Part shown: positions 61,051-64,000 of the stretch, piece after piece
How positions within the stretch are numbered: position 1 is the stretch's first letter
Layout: each line of letters begins with the position of its first letter
Assembly (NCBI RefSeq): GCF_006345805.1
Contig: NC_043022.1
Location: forward strand, 21,762,001 to 21,826,000
Reading direction: 5' to 3'
Length of the DNA stretch: 64,000 nt
Origin: Octopus sinensis
Lineage: Eukaryota
Notes under the pieces: model-generated
The model's database searches: none
What the model was told of the DNA's origin: nothing
What the model saw: the letters and a program-made list of their open reading frames with translations, nothing else
Position numbers and translations under genes: made by a program

Positions 61051-61914
61051 CACCGTGATCACCATCACTGTTCTCATCATGCGTCACCTCTGTCATCACT
61101 ACTGCCATAATCGTGTTCGTCAATATTGTCACGGCTACTGATTCCCTATATTTTATTTGGCCGCAGGAGGAGATAAATGTCAAAAGCAAAGAAGTTGTTA
61201 AAAAGAAGGAAAGGAAAGAAAAGGTAAGGTTATGGTTATTTAAAGATCTGTGTAAGCGTATGTGTGTGTACACTGGTATATCTTTCTTTGGTCTTACAAT
61301 TGTCTCCTTAATGTTGTTGTTTAGCCCAAGGTCAGTCCTGATCGTGTCAACCTATGATCAGTGGTGTTCTAGTTGTGACCATCTCTAAGCAACCCAGAAT
61401 TACATGTTTCTTTTTTCTAAGAAAGTAATGTGTAATATGTGGAGGCTCAATCGCCCAGTGGTTAGGGCAGCGGACTCGCAGTCGGAGGATCGCGGTTTCA
61501 ATTCCCAGACCGGGCGTTGTGTGTGTTTGTTGAGCGAAAACACCTAAAGCTCCACGAGGCTCCGGCAGTGGGGGGTGGCAACCCCTGTTGTACTCTTTTG
61601 CCTCAACTTTCTCTCACCCTTTCTTCCTGTTTCTTGAGTAACTCTGCGATGGACTGGCGTCCTGTCCAGCTGGGGGGAACACATACGCCATAGAAACCGG
61701 GAAACTGTTTGCCTAAAAAACATTAATTAAAAAATCTGTGAGCCAAATTGAACAGATCCGGGTTGAGTAGGATCTTTTTTAAGTTAATATTTTATAGCTG
61801 GGTGCCTTTCCTGATGCCAACACTTTTAGTTGTTCCTTATGGCATGCAGGAGCAGTGTACCCATAAAAATAAATAATACTTGAATATTTAATATATTCTC
61901 TTTTTTTTTTTTTT

Positions 61915-62119
61915 TTACTTGTTTCATTCATTTGACTGCGGCCATGCTGGAGCACCGCCTTTTAGTTGAGCAAATCGACCCCAGGTCTTATACTTTGTAA
62001 GCCTAGTACTTATTCTATCGGTCTCTTTTGCCGAACCGCTAAGTAATGGTGACGTAAACATACCAGCATCGGCTGTCAAGCGATGTTGGAGGGACAAACA
62101 CAGACACACAAACACACAC

Positions 62120-62207
<88 letters not shown>

Positions 62208-62370
62208 GACAGGCTTCTTTCAGTTTCCATCTACCAAATCCACTCACAAGGCTTTGGTCGGCCCGAGGCTATAGTAGAAGACACTTTCCCAAGGTGCCAC
62301 GCAGTGGGACTGAACCCGGAACCGTGTGGTTGGTAAGCAGGCTACTTACCACACAGCCACTCCTGCGCCT
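61915..62370 (-). mobile_element. Family A SINE with expanded internal (TA)n
   Basis: Reverse complement of family A. Confidence 0.92.
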
Positions 62371-62662
62371 ATATGTATATTTAATACACATGTGCGTGCA
62401 CACACACACACGCACACACACACATGCCTGAGTTATCTGTACCAGTTTCTACCCATCAAATTCTACTCAAAACAATTTGGTCTACTTGGAAGACTATGAT
62501 AGAAGATGCCTACTCAAGTTTCCACCATGCATTGAATGAAACTAGAGCCATATGGTTGGGGTGGTTTAGTGTACCTCTTAATCACACAAACTTGCTTGTA
62601 CCAAACGATATGTATTTATCATTTGTTGATATTTTAAAACTTGTTTTTCCATCTTGTTTCAG

Positions 62663-62798
62663 TTCGATTATGCTCTGGCCTGGGGTAATTTGCAAATGTT
62701 TGATTTCAACCACCGCCTGCTTAGTGATAAAGTGGGGCTTCATTTGTGGCCAATGCCTCAAGGCATGGATGAACTTCTCAATCCTATAGGAATACCAG
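62663..62798 (+). CDS. PIK3CA: PIK3CA coding exon 7 (C2 domain), 136 nt; gene continues beyond the window
   Basis: tttcag|TTC GAT TAT gives FDYALAWGNLQMFDFNHRLLSDKVGLHLWPMPQGMDELLNPIGIP(G); donor G|gtaaaa. Confidence 0.96.
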
Positions 62799-62869
62799 GT
62801 AAAAGCATTTCCCTTTCTCTGTTTTTCTTGGACTTTTCCCTTCTCAACCCTGCTATTGTCTAGAAGAAA

Positions 62870-63150
62870 TTCTTGGCTTGGCTTGGCTTGGTTTGGCTCG
62901 ACTTGGCTTGGCTTGTCTTGACTTGGCTTGACTTCATGCTCTTGCTTGACAGGGCTGGAGTCATTCCAAGTTAGGGGTCCCAGAGGCATCATCATGTGTA
63001 GAACCACCAGTACTCTCCATTGCTGGCAGTCCCATGCCAACGCCTCTGCATACCTCCAGATGGCATAAAGCCTCTGGAGATCTTCTCCAATCACATTCAG
63101 CCATCTGGTGTGGGGCCTGCCATAAGGCCTCTTCTGGCCTGCAGCTGCTG
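62870..63150 (-). mobile_element. RTE LINE 3' end with (CCAAG)n tail, same family as 18338-19008
   Basis: RPYGRPHTRWLNVIGEDLQRL...AEALAWDCQQWRVLV. Confidence 0.85.
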
Positions 63151-63429
63151 TATTGAAAAATGTTAAAAGGTAGTTTGGCAATTCAGTTTCTTTTCTTTTT
63201 CTATTGTTGACACCTTTCTTAAGCTTCAGTGTTTCTCCCATATCAGTACAGTTGTCTCCCTTCTCTCCAGTCATTCCTATATATTGGTAGTCTTCTTTCT
63301 TTACCTGATAGTAATTTTCCACTTCGACTCTGCATAACAGCCAACATAACATCCATTTTTGCTAGGAATTTGCTTTGGACACAGTATCTGTTTCCTGACT
63401 CTGCTTTTTATCAATATAAACATGTAAGA

Positions 63430-63753
63430 CAACAATTGCAGCATGGAAGGTGTTTGTAAGTCATTTAAGAAACACACAAAAGCCATTCGATTCACTTCAA
63501 CATTTAAGTTTAATTTGTCAAAATATTTTTGTTGTTTTAAGACCGTGACCTGTTAGCACAGATTTTTGTCAGTGAACAGGTCACGGTCTTAAAGCGACGA
63601 AAATATTTTGACAAATTAAATTTAAATGTTGAAGTGAATCTAACGGTTTTTGTGTGTTTCTTAAATGGCTTATAAACACCTTCCATGCTGCAATTGTTTT
63701 TGTTTCAGCACACGATCTCAGATCAAATCACTTGCTATGCAAGTACATCTCCG
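63430..63753. mobile_element. Second copy of the palindromic element, 13-bp TSD taaacatgtaaga
   Basis: TSD at 63417-63429 and 63754-63766; arms and tail match 33396-33730. Confidence 0.9.
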
Positions 63754-63844
63754 TAAACATGTAAGAGATCCCAAGGAAGGAATAAACTTAAAGAATATAT
63801 GTATGTGTGAAAATTTTCAACATGTGAGCATGTGTATGTATGTT

Positions 63845-64000
63845 TCATCATCATCATCATCATACGTCCATTGTCCATGCTGACATGGGTTGAACGGTTT
63901 GACCAGGGCTGATAAGCTGAGGGGCTGCACCAGACTCTAATCTTATTTGGCATGGTTTCTACGACTGGATGCCCTTCCTAATGCCAACCACTCCGAGAGT
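63845..64000 (-). mobile_element. Family E copy, cut by the window end
   Basis: (cat)n followed by the reverse complement of the family E 3' end. Confidence 0.8.

Noticed and set aside
62663-62680. Tyr at the human C420 hotspot as a naturally activating variant
   Set aside because: As I recall, p110-beta also has Tyr here (HYPVAW), so it is probably tolerated or ancestral.
62582-63352. 256-aa minus-strand ORF, the longest in the track
   Set aside because: Composite of the antisense of PIK3CA exon 7, a (CCAAG)n tail, an RTE C-terminus and unassigned DNA. The YIGMTG word hints at GIY-YIG but has no further support.

Overview
Eukaryotic, AT-rich, repeat-dense genomic DNA. The SINE/LINE repertoire and microsatellite style point to an octopod cephalopod (Octopus sp.); this is inferred from recalled repeat families, not a database search. 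The one clear host gene is the 5' half of a class IA PI3-kinase catalytic subunit, p110-alpha type (PIK3CA), on the + strand. Seven coding exons (36696-37041, 38464-38673, 54936-55189, 56490-56607, 57553-57671, 59436-59624, 62663-62798) splice in frame with GT-AG sites to give about 457 codons covering ABD, RBD and C2. The gene continues beyond the window. A SINE-free island at about 10.3-16 kb probably holds its promoter and non-coding first exon(s). The rest is a layered transposon record: five or more tRNA-derived SINE families, a fragmented Ty3/Gypsy element, RTE, CR1/L2-like, RLE-type and Penelope retroelements, mariner, DD37D and hAT fossils, and several MITEs. The most unusual signals are: an RTE LINE with a 5' inversion inside a 12-bp TSD; a 130-bp-arm palindromic element whose two copies carry the loop in opposite orientations; two hammerhead-ribozyme-like motifs; a duplicated PIK3CA splice acceptor whose first codons differ only synonymously; a duplicated hairpin with a flipped loop near the putative promoter; and a GC-rich TGT...ACA insertion. 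No prokaryote-type system (CRISPR, operon) is supported. TE boundaries without a TSD or TIR are approximate. All alignments and translations were done by eye.
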